Of a stretch of 12,042 nucleotides of DNA, positions 1-8,958 are shown one piece after another. Position 1 is the stretch's first letter; every line of letters begins with the position of its first letter. The notes under the pieces were generated by a model. It did not search any database. It saw only the letters and a program-made list of their open reading frames with translations, and had not been told where the DNA came from. The stretch comes from Paraspadella gotoi (lineage: Eukaryota > Animalia > Chaetognatha): assembly GCA_051294375.1 (NCBI GenBank), contig JBJCIZ010001014.1:1-12042 (forward strand). The letters run 5' to 3'. Both the position numbers and the translations under genes were made by a program.

Positions 1-236
1 GAGAGAGAGTTGGGAGTGTATGGATGTTGGGAGGGGAAAAGGAGATCCGAAAGCCGATTAAAACTTTTTCAAAATCGAAGAATCGTTAAGAAAAATAATC
101 TTGAATTAGAAAGAGAGAGAGAGGAAAAAAAAAAATTCTTTTGCGGTCTGGTTTCCTTAACTTATTTCTTTAGGAAAGTGGAAAGGCGATGGTCGAAGAA
201 TTAAGGGGCCGGGGCGGAGGCTAGTACGGGGTGTGT

Positions 237-247
237 GGGGGGGGGAA
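237..247 (+). other. Polypurine-tract-like sequence GGGGGGGGGAA
   Basis: G9AA followed by TATTG/TGAATG resembles the G-rich PPT found immediately before a BEL/Pao LTR start. Confidence 0.45.
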
Positions 248-916
248 TATTGAATGGAAACGAAATCGCAAGTTTAATGCTGGCACTGTAAAGAGAGATT
301 CTTGTACGCGAGCTGCAATACTTGGCCGTCGTTATGTAAATTCACTGATCTTTGTTAGTTCGTTCGCCAACCATTTTTTAGAAAGGCTCAGTTCTGTTTA
401 AAAAAGACCGCCAGGATCGCCCCGTTAACGGAAGATATTAAGAATTTGTTCTACACTGCCCCTGAGGATTGCCTTTACTACGTAAGAAATAGAATCTGAA
501 CTTTTGAAGAATAATTTGTCTGGATATTATTCATTATGTTGTTAAAGGCCTTTTTTAACATCTTGTACATGCACTCACTACTCGCTACACTACATTCACA
601 CTATTCCGTTATCAAACATCGGGGCGTTCTTGGAGTTAGAATTTTGAGCTGAGGCGATCTGTATAACAGTCTTAAATATTAAAGACTTAAATGCCATCAA
701 CGGGAATAAAACTAATTTAATCTAAACTAACTCAACAAACAAAATATCTAATAAAAATAAAAATACGCTGAAGCAACCTGGAAATTGGGAGACTTTGGCT
801 CCCGAGGACTGGGCCTAAATCATAACATAACCTTGTTCGCGTTCTACATGTGAACCGACTGAGGAGTTTGGAGGAACGCGGGAGCCGCCGATAAGGGCCC
901 TGCCGGGTGTCAAACA
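248..916 (+). repeat. Putative LTR (only one copy seen)
   Basis: Non-coding stretch between the PPT-like tract and the gag leader. It starts TATTG (TG at 251), ends TCAAACA (916) followed by a T run, and contains AATAAA signals near 705 and 750-761. There is no second copy to confirm it, and the 3' end could instead be ~795. Confidence 0.4.
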
Positions 917-997
917 TTTTTTACTGCCATCAGGGCCGGGTCTATTGTGACCGGGCCATTAAGTCGGGCACACGGCCGAAGCAGAAGCCTACGTTAC

Positions 998-1004
998 GTA
1001 AGTT
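998..1004 (+). promoter_or_regulatory. Putative major 5' splice donor AC|GTAAGTT
   Basis: Perfect GTAAGT intron consensus starting 16 nt upstream of the AAAAATG at 1014, the position typical of a retroviral major splice donor. Confidence 0.55.
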
Positions 1005-1013
1005 ACAAAAAAA

Positions 1014-3920
1014 ATGCCATCATCGCACGGTGGCGACGATGGAACTTTGCCAATTTGAAAGGGTTTTTTAATAACACATTAAATCAAAATGAACGAGGTG
1101 TAAGAAGGTTCGTAAAAGAATTACAAAACGAACTAGACAAATTCGCAAAACTATATGACGATGCCAAAGTTCCGTTGGAGGTTCAGGCGGTTGAGCGGGT
1201 CGAATGGGCTCGCGAGACTGCCCGGACAATGCACATTGAATTGTCACGTTTTATCACTGTTAACCCTGCACTTGAAACCGATCGTGTTAAATCACTGTTA
1301 GATGATAATCTTGATTGTTCGGTACTGGGCATTTTGAGGGCACGTCCTATATTAGTTTTGGGAGCTGAGAACGCCGCGCAAGTTGACAAGATAGTTGAGG
1401 TTTCTGATGAGGAATTTGAGGAATCCGTCCGCACGGGCAGCGCGTCGTTCGTTTCCGCGTCCCCACAAAATCCTCCTCCTATTCTCAGCATCCATCGTCG
1501 AGATCATGAGAAGTCGCGCGTCGAGCCAAGGTCTGCGACGGGAATCTCCGTCAGATCGTCGCAAAAAAATAGAACCACGGTAACGTCATCTCAATTGTCT
1601 CGCGAGAAGATCCGCCAAGAGTTGGTAAATGAGCTGGTAAAGTGTTTGGAAGAGAGGATAGCGTTAGAGAGGCAGAAAGAGCAAATGGATGTAGAACGTG
1701 AAAAGGAGAGAGCGAAACGAGAGGGGAGAAACGAGGACGAGCTTGAAGCAAAATTAAAAGAAATTCGAAAGGGAACGAATGAAAGAATAATGAAGGCGGA
1801 GGAAAGGCATAGAGAATGGGTGATAGAATACAAACAAAAAAACAAGGAAAGAAAGGAGAGAGCAGAGANNNNNNNNNNAGGAAAGAGAGAAAGCAATAGA
1901 ATTCGAATTTCAACAAAAGGCTATTGAAAAGAAGGAAAAAGCGGTGAAAGAGAGATTATCCAGAATTAGTGGAGACAGCTCTGAAGAAGACCTGTATTCT
2001 TGTAGATCGGACGGCGGTCGTACAAAGGCGTCGCGTCGGAGCGTCGCGAGTCGCCGGAGCGGACGTCACGTTGAGGAACGCCCGATCGTCGAACGTCACG
2101 CCGAGGATCGCCCGATCGCAGAACGCCATGTCGAGGAGCGCCCGATCGCAGCTCCACGCGCCGAGGAATCTTCGCCGGAAACGACGGTGCCCAAATCGAT
2201 CATTACTACGGTGAGGGGAGGAAAGGAAAGGGAGGAAAGAAAAGAGGAGGAAGATATTCTGGTCAAACTCATGAGGGACTTACTCGAGGAGAAGAGGAGA
2301 AGCCGAGAATTGACAGAACCATTGTTGCCGCCGCCGGCCGGCCCGCGTTATTATCCGCCGCCGTGCGCGGCCTCCACCGCCGCCCGTTCCGTCCGCGCCG
2401 CCGCCGTTCCGTCCGTACCGCCGCCAAATCTGTCCGTAGTCGCCGCCGTTGCCGATCGCGCCGCCGCCCGCGCGGATAGTCCCGCCGCGCCGCCCGTCGT
2501 AATAACACGCGGGTGGTACCAAGTTATTCCGCCGCCGCGAGTTGTAACGCCGCAGATCCAATCGACACCGCCGTTAGTAACGCCACACACAATGCACACT
2601 GAGTCGTCCAAATCGTCCGTGCCGCTCGTAACGCCGCCATTGTTGTCGTCGCTTGAAGTTGATCGAGTTGTTGAAGTTTCGAAGTCGCCAGTCGAATGCG
2701 CAAATTGTTCATGTCGAAGTGAGTCGCGCTGGTCACCGCCGCCCGTTGTAGAACCGCTCGAGGACAAACTGGAAAGGAAAGAGTCGATTAATCATGGCAC
2801 CACACGAGAGGAAGCTCTCACACAATTATGCATATTACAAACACAACAACAGGCGCTGAGTCTTATCAGGCAAAAACGTCCCAAGTTAAAATTTTCCGGA
2901 AAGGATCGTCGAGTAGACTTTGAGTCGCAACTTAATTTGTTTGAGTCATTGAGTAAGGTCGTTGGTGTCACAGACGAAATGCTTATGTCAGAATTGAAGG
3001 AGTACTTCGACGGAGACGCGGGCATCATAGTATCACAACATGAAGCGTCGGGAAACCACACCAAAGCTTTGAAGGAAGTCAAATTGGCGTTAGAAATCGA
3101 ATTCGGTCGAAAGAATTTTACAGCGCAACAAATGTTAGAAGAGTTGTTAAAGGGACCAAAGATTTCTGAGAAAGATTTCGCCGGATCGAGGACTTTCATA
3201 TTAGAGATGGAAAAATTTTACAAGAGGGCTGTAGAGACAAATCGCGCCGCGACATTCTCCACACGAGAAACATACATCGAGATCATATCTAAGAAACTTC
3301 CGTTCTTGGCAAATCCGGTAGCGAAAAGAATGACGAAGCATGAGTTGTCGATACTAAAAAGTGAGAATAGGAAGAAGGGAGATCTTGAGTTAAAGTTCGA
3401 TGAGTTCTTGGAGATCGTGAAGGAAGTGACGAGATCAAAGGAAACCATGGGGATCTTGATGAAACAAGGGTCGTCGTCAATCGAAAGGTCAAACGGGGTG
3501 AATAACTCCAGCGCGAGGACTTACGGAGAAATCGTAAGAAATCATGTTTCAGTTCGTGCAGCCGCAGCAACTCGAGCGACGAAGGCGACAGTCGCCGCCA
3601 ATCGAAGCTTTTCCAATCCCAATTCCGATCCTACCAATCACGCACCCAGAGGCCCAAGGCAATCAAAATGTGACTTTTGTGAAAAAGTTCACTTCACGGG
3701 AATCTGTTCTAAGTTTCTAGAGTTGACGATTGACGAAAGGGTGGGCTGGATGAAAGAGAAAGGACTGTGTCGACTTTGTTTCGGACGAGGGCACCTGGCG
3801 AGGGACTGTTCCAATCTCATGGGTTGTCAGACGTGCGGACAAAGGCACCATGCATCCATTCACAGAGAGGAGTCGAATCAGGAACAGAGTTTCTTCTTGA
3901 CTAGCAGCAGCGTAACGTGA
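1014..3920 (+). CDS. gag: Gag portion of the polyprotein (joins track ORFs 947..1927 and 1944..3920)
   Basis: The E/K/R-rich coiled coil continues across the N gap at 1869-1878 (EREKAIEFEFQQKAIEKKEKAVKERL is open from 1881). A Pro-rich linker and C-terminal knuckles follow. The start at ATG 1014 is inferred and requires one missing base near 1043. Confidence 0.85.
1869..1878. other. Assembly gap (10 N)
   Basis: N run inside a purine-rich, low-complexity part of gag. The true gap length is unknown. Confidence 0.99.
2064..2168 (+). repeat. 30-nt coding tandem repeat, ~3.5 units
   Basis: Units at 2064, 2094, 2124 and 2154 (partial) encode RHVEERPIVE / RHAEDRPIAE / RHVEERPIAA / PRAEE. Confidence 0.9.
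3669..3863 (+). other. Triple zinc-knuckle nucleocapsid domain
   Basis: CDFCEKVHFTGIC (CX2CX3HX4C), CRLCFGRGHLARDC (CX2CX4HX4C) and CQTCGQRHHASIH, the arrangement typical of BEL/Pao Gag. Confidence 0.93.
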
Positions 3921-4822
3921 CGACAGGAGCATTTCGACCGATAGTTCCAGTCGTTGTGAAAAGCGGACATAGGTCGGTCGTTACGTACGCCTTATTAGAT
4001 AGCGGCGCTACCCGTTCAGCCATGTCAATGAAATTAGCGAGAAAATTAGATTTAGCTACGTACGCAGAATATACAAATTTAACAACTTATGACAAAGTGT
4101 CAAGAACATGGAGAGATTATGGTGACATCGAATTGACGAATATAGAAAACACGTTTTCAACGGAAATAAGAAAAGTCATGGTAGGAGAGATTTTAACGAC
4201 AGAGACAGACCGACCGACTCGAAACGAAGAAATCGAGGACTATCAGTACATGAAAGGAGTTGAGTTTATCGAATTGGAAGATGACTCGGTCGAAATGATA
4301 CTCGACGCGAGATTGGCACATACTTGGGTCGGAGGTGAGACGAGAAAAGGACCTGAAGGTTATCCTGTTGCGCTGAAGACAGTGTTCGGGTGGACATTAG
4401 TAGGAGCGAGTGAAAACGAAAGCGGAGAACACATTAGTTGCTGTTCAACGACACATGAGCATGAGAAATTGGAATATTTGATAGCGTCGATGTTTCGTCA
4501 CGATTTTTTGATGAGAGGAACTGAGAGATATCCATCTGAGGTGCAGCACCCGTCGGCTGAAGACAGTTATGCTTTAGAGCAACTGGAGAACGAGATTTAT
4601 TTCAACGAAAAGACCGGTCATTACGTAGCGCCGTCACCGTGGAAAAAGGGAAGGGAGAAGACTGCCGAGTTTCTTGAAACGATTAAGGACGATGTGGTGA
4701 AGAACGCGGAAAGCAGAGCGAGGAAATTGGCGAACAAGATGCGGAAAGATCCGTTGCTGAAGGAGGGGGTGTTCCGAACGATGGAGGAGACAATCGAATT
4801 GGGCCAGCGAGAAAGGCCGTAG
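3917..4822 (+). CDS. pol: Aspartic protease and pre-RT segment of the polyprotein
   Basis: YALLDSGATRS (DSG at 3998-4006), PVALKTVFGWTLVG and GHYVAPSPWK. The frame is open from 3905 and is shifted -1 relative to gag. Confidence 0.9.
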   Translation: MTTGAFRPIVPVVVKSGHRSVVTYALLDSGATRSAMSMKLARKLDLATYAEYTNLTTYDKVSRTWRDYGDIELTNIENTFSTEIRKVMVGEILTTETDRPTRNEEIEDYQYMKGVEFIELEDDSVEMILDARLAHTWVGGETRKGPEGYPVALKTVFGWTLVGASENESGEHISCCSTTHEHEKLEYLIASMFRHDFLMRGTERYPSEVQHPSAEDSYALEQLENEIYFNEKTGHYVAPSPWKKGREKTAEFLETIKDDVVKNAESRARKLANKMRKDPLLKEGVFRTMEETIELGQRERP

Positions 4823-7800
4823 TGGAGCATCCGCCGCCGGGTCAGCCGGAGTGTTTCGCGCCGTTGCTCGTCGTCACGAGAGCGGACAAGCCGGGCAAAT
4901 TCAGAATCTGTCAAGATGCAGCATCGAAAGTGAACGGGAATGCGCTGAACGATCACTTGATTGGAGGGCCGGACAACCTCACTCCGTTAATTGGCATGTT
5001 GCTGAAGTTCCGCAGAAAAAGATATACGATTTCCGCAGACATCAAGGGGTTCTTCCATCAAGTCGAGTTACATCCAAAAGACGTAGCAGCCTTCAGATAC
5101 CACTGGTATACAGACAAATCGATGCAGACATTGGAGGTTCACGAGCCGCTGGTACACGTGTTCGGGGGAGCGGGCAGTCCGGGGGTCGCGACGTTTGTGC
5201 TGCAGTATCACGGGAAGAAGCTGAGTTTCACTGGAGAATTTTCGCCGGAGGTGATCATCGCGTTTTTCCTTAAAGTTTACGTTGACGATTATCTCGATGC
5301 GCTGGACGGCATTAAAGAAGCAAGAAAGATGCGGTTAGACATGACGGAGGCGATGAAGAAAGGCGGGTTCGAGCTTACAAAGTGGCAAGCTTCACATCCA
5401 CGAATCTTGTTAGATGATCCAGAAGGAGACGAAGAAGAGAACGAAACGGTGAACGAAGCAGTTGACGGGGGGTTGGAGGAAGAACTGGAGGATAATCTCG
5501 AGGGTTTGGCCGGGAATGCAATGCCGGAGGATCCGTCGCTCGATGAACATGATTCTAAAGTTTTAGGAACGGGATACAACTCGAAACGTGATGTTTTCTT
5601 TGTACGAGTAACAGACAAAGCAGAGAAGGAGGCGAAGACGAGAAGAGATGTCTTGAAGTTGGTCGCATCGGTTTTCGATCCGCTGGGGTTGGTGGCGCCG
5701 TTCGTATTGAAAGGGAGAAGCATATTCCAAAAGATAGTGATGGAAGGGCTAGACTGGGACGACAAGCTGCCGGAAGAGTTGTTCGAGGCGTTCGACAAGT
5801 GGCGAAAGAAGATGTGTTTTCTAAAAAGAATTAGAATTCCACGGTGGACGAGCATCTTGGGCCTTGAATGTGTGAAGACATCGTTGATCGTGTTTTGCGA
5901 CGCAAGTTACGAAGGGTATGGAGTGGCCATCTACATAAAGAAGGAAAATAAAGACGGAGAAAAAAGTCACGTGACGCTACTCTTTGCCAAAGCTCACGTA
6001 GTACCAGTAAAGATGCAAGAAAAAATTATAGTGGAGAATCAACTGGATCATGGAGACTCGATGCCAAGGCTGGAACTAAACGCGGCAAGATTGGCGGCGC
6101 AGACTCGAGACACCATGATAAGGGAAGCGGGTGAAGAATTTGATGAGATTCATATGATGACGGATTCAATCACAGTGATTCGATGGATCAAAGACTGGAA
6201 AAAACGTTTCAAAACGTATGAGAATTTTCGATTGAAAACTATCAGACTCCTCTCGAAACCAAGTGAATGGAAATATGTGCCATCCCAAGAAAACCCAGCC
6301 GATTTGACAAGCCGTGGGGTAGATGCTGATGATGCTGAAAGTTGGAAAAAGTTTCACAGAGGACCTGAATGGCTTCGCCAAAAAGAGAAAGACTGGCCGA
6401 CTACGAACGATTTAGACAGTATGAAGAAAAAGAAAGATGTAAATGTAAATATCAGCGCAATTCACGACGATAGTGAATTTAGTCCGATGGAACTTATTTT
6501 TGCTAATTCTACAAGAGAGTATCCGAAAAAAGATGATGAACATGAAAAAGAGGACTGGGTGCTGAAAGTAACTGAAAAAATAAGTGACTGGGTGAAAAAA
6601 GTGAAAAGAATAGTTTACTTTGTGAAAGCAGTGAAAGGATTGATTGAAAACAAAATTCGAAAGAAGAAAGGTGAAGCAATAGAGAGAAAAGAAATGAGAA
6701 TGACAGGAGACGAATACAAGAGAGCAGAGTTGAAACTAATCAAAGCGATCCAAAGAAAAAAATTCGAAAAAGAAATATTCGAATTAATAAAGTTGGGAGT
6801 CATGACGCCAAATTCGCACAGAGAATTGAGAAGTAGAAATTCAAGAATTGTCGCTATGAGTCCGTTCATTGACGAGGAGGGTTTGATGAGGACTGGAGGG
6901 AGGTTAGGGAACTCGAAAGGGTTATCATATGACGCTAAACATCCCATAATATTACCAAAAGATGACGAGAATATCGATTCACTGATTCGCCATGAACATA
7001 TCACATTATTCCACTCCGGTACATGCGCAACATTCCATTCATTAAGACAAAGATTTACCTTGTTGGGAGGAAGGCCAGCAGTGGAAAAGATCGTCCGCCG
7101 GTGTTTGAAATGCCAGAGAAACTTAAAGGTTCCAACGCCGCAAAAGATGGCTGAACATCCAGAATTCAGAGTAAACGAAGCAATTCCATTTGAAATAACC
7201 GGACTTGATTGTTTTGGTCCGTATCAGGTGAAACACGCCGGACGTGGGCTGAATAAAAAGAATGTAGTAATATTTACATGTCTAACTACACGAGCAGTAG
7301 CTTTCGAAATATTGAAGGATATGACATCGCAGTCAATGCTCAGCGCACTAATCAGATTTAAAAACGTTTACCCAGGTGTACGCTCATTCATCTCGGACAA
7401 CGGCACGAATCTCGTAGGAGCGAGCAACGAGATAGAGAAGCAACTACATCAACTCCAAAGCAACGAGAAAATTCATGAAGAAATCGCCGCCAAAGGAATC
7501 ACCTGGACATTTGGACCGCCAAACGCTCCACATTGGGGAGGAGCTTGGGAAAGGTTGATTCGTGAGACAAAAAAGCACATCAACGCCGTCATTCCGTCAG
7601 AGTTAGACGTCGACACATTCGCAACGATCCTAAGTGAAATATCAGGTATCATGAATCGACGCCCATTGACATTCGAATCTTCCGATCCAAAGAGTGATAT
7701 TGCATTATCACCAGCAAATTTCTTATATCCATATTTGTTTACATCGACATCACTAACCTTATTACCATACGCAGCGGCGGAAGGGGATTGCATGAGGGCG

Positions 7801-8094
7801 GCGTGGAAGCAAGTGAGGGAGGTAGCGGACTCTTTCTGGAGACGTTGGCACTCAGAGTACTTAATCTCGTTACAGGAGAGAACGAAATGGCGAAACACGG
7901 CCGAAAACTTGAAGGAAGGACAAGCAGTTCTACTCGTCGAGCCGAACGCCCCGCGGGATCAATGGAAGACGGGCAGAGTCGTCGAAGTCAAAGGAGACGG
8001 CACGATCAAGAGAGAAGCCGTCGTCCGCCTCGCCGACGGAAGAACTTTTCGACGTCACCACAACGCGCTGGTTCAACTCGAACTGGATCAGTAA
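4822..8094 (+). CDS. pol: Reverse transcriptase - RNase H - integrase segment
   Basis: RT YVDD at 5278-5289. RNaseH motifs FCDAS (D 5899), PRLEL, TDS and NPAD. Integrase HHCC at 6997-7113 and D-D-E at 7207/7396/7549, followed by the C-terminal WKTGRVVEV...VVRL domain. No internal stops in 1090 codons. Confidence 0.97.
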   Translation: MEHPPPGQPECFAPLLVVTRADKPGKFRICQDAASKVNGNALNDHLIGGPDNLTPLIGMLLKFRRKRYTISADIKGFFHQVELHPKDVAAFRYHWYTDKSMQTLEVHEPLVHVFGGAGSPGVATFVLQYHGKKLSFTGEFSPEVIIAFFLKVYVDDYLDALDGIKEARKMRLDMTEAMKKGGFELTKWQASHPRILLDDPEGDEEENETVNEAVDGGLEEELEDNLEGLAGNAMPEDPSLDEHDSKVLGTGYNSKRDVFFVRVTDKAEKEAKTRRDVLKLVASVFDPLGLVAPFVLKGRSIFQKIVMEGLDWDDKLPEELFEAFDKWRKKMCFLKRIRIPRWTSILGLECVKTSLIVFCDASYEGYGVAIYIKKENKDGEKSHVTLLFAKAHVVPVKMQEKIIVENQLDHGDSMPRLELNAARLAAQTRDTMIREAGEEFDEIHMMTDSITVIRWIKDWKKRFKTYENFRLKTIRLLSKPSEWKYVPSQENPADLTSRGVDADDAESWKKFHRGPEWLRQKEKDWPTTNDLDSMKKKKDVNVNISAIHDDSEFSPMELIFANSTREYPKKDDEHEKEDWVLKVTEKISDWVKKVKRIVYFVKAVKGLIENKIRKKKGEAIERKEMRMTGDEYKRAELKLIKAIQRKKFEKEIFELIKLGVMTPNSHRELRSRNSRIVAMSPFIDEEGLMRTGGRLGNSKGLSYDAKHPIILPKDDENIDSLIRHEHITLFHSGTCATFHSLRQRFTLLGGRPAVEKIVRRCLKCQRNLKVPTPQKMAEHPEFRVNEAIPFEITGLDCFGPYQVKHAGRGLNKKNVVIFTCLTTRAVAFEILKDMTSQSMLSALIRFKNVYPGVRSFISDNGTNLVGASNEIEKQLHQLQSNEKIHEEIAAKGITWTFGPPNAPHWGGAWERLIRETKKHINAVIPSELDVDTFATILSEISGIMNRRPLTFESSDPKSDIALSPANFLYPYLFTSTSLTLLPYAAAEGDCMRAAWKQVREVADSFWRRWHSEYLISLQERTKWRNTAENLKEGQAVLLVEPNAPRDQWKTGRVVEVKGDGTIKREAVVRLADGRTFRRHHNALVQLELDQ

Positions 8095-8271
8095 AAACAA
8101 TTTGAAAAGAAAACTTTAAATTCATGGAACAATGAAAAAACTCGGTAAAGTGAATTTGTAAAGGCAAATTGTAAACAATCATCGTAGTCAAGCAAAAAAA
8201 TAGTCAGTTAAAATTTACAAAATATCGTGATCGATCATATCGTGAATTTAGAAAGAAGCCAGCTCTCAAAA

Positions 8272-8850
8272 ATGAACATCGAACAATTCGTCAAGTCTTG
8301 TTTTCAAAAACAACTGAGAACGTCGATCGATAGATTGGTGGAAAATTTATGGGAGGAAGTAGAAGCAATTCAAAGTTGGAGCTACCCACCAGCTACAGAA
8401 ATATCGTTAATATTGGAAACAGTGAGATCAAGAAAAAGGCAGATAGCCGAATTGGCGAAAGAACTTAAGGGAATATACGTTCCACCACCCGCCAAGGAGG
8501 ACGACGAAGATACGATTTACCATAAAGTGTTCCGCATTCCAGAGGAAGAACTCGACGAAGAATCAAAAAAAATTCTAGAAATGAAAAGAAAGAGAAGGAA
8601 CGAAGTGACGGCTAAACAAAAGAAAGTTACGTTCGCCGACGACGACACCACGGTGAAGAGCGAAATCAATGACGAGACGAGACCAAAGGAGATTGACGAG
8701 GTCAACACGGTGATCAAGACGAATGACGTAATCACCCAAGAAAAAAAGGAACCAGATGAAGCAAAAGCCGTCGGCGAAGAAGAAAAGCCCAAGAGACGAG
8801 CACCGCCAAGATGTCATTTTTACTATCGAAAATTATTCATTAAAAAATAA
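8272..8850 (+). CDS. Accessory ORF A, 192 aa, unknown function, charged, with KRKRR and KKVTFAD motifs
   Basis: First ATG (AAAAATG context) of track ORF 8227..8850. It is a long open frame between AT-rich spacers. Only weak acceptor candidates precede it (AATTTAG 8245-8251, CCAG ending 8262). Confidence 0.75.
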   Translation: MNIEQFVKSCFQKQLRTSIDRLVENLWEEVEAIQSWSYPPATEISLILETVRSRKRQIAELAKELKGIYVPPPAKEDDEDTIYHKVFRIPEEELDEESKKILEMKRKRRNEVTAKQKKVTFADDDTTVKSEINDETRPKEIDEVNTVIKTNDVITQEKKEPDEAKAVGEEEKPKRRAPPRCHFYYRKLFIKK

Positions 8851-8958
8851 AGTCATAAAGACTTCAAACTCGTAAACGTCGAACTGTTATAGCCGGAGAG
8901 AAACTTATTGAATAGTGAATTGGTCGAATTTTTATTATTTGAATTGTTTTCAGTTGCC

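Noticed and set aside
10-204. 64-aa ORF at the window start
   Set aside because: TTG start, low-complexity purine-rich sequence and no recognisable motif.
947-1013. GTG start for gag from the ORF track
   Set aside because: The host is eukaryotic, this stretch reads as structured leader, and ATG 1014 has a strong A-rich context.
2064-2168. CRISPR-like repeat array
   Set aside because: The units are contiguous, in-frame coding repeats with no spacers, inside a eukaryotic gag.
3912-3926. Micro-intron (GT...AG) repairing the gag/PR frame
   Set aside because: Removing either the 15-nt or the 10-nt candidate does not restore the protease frame, and both are too short.
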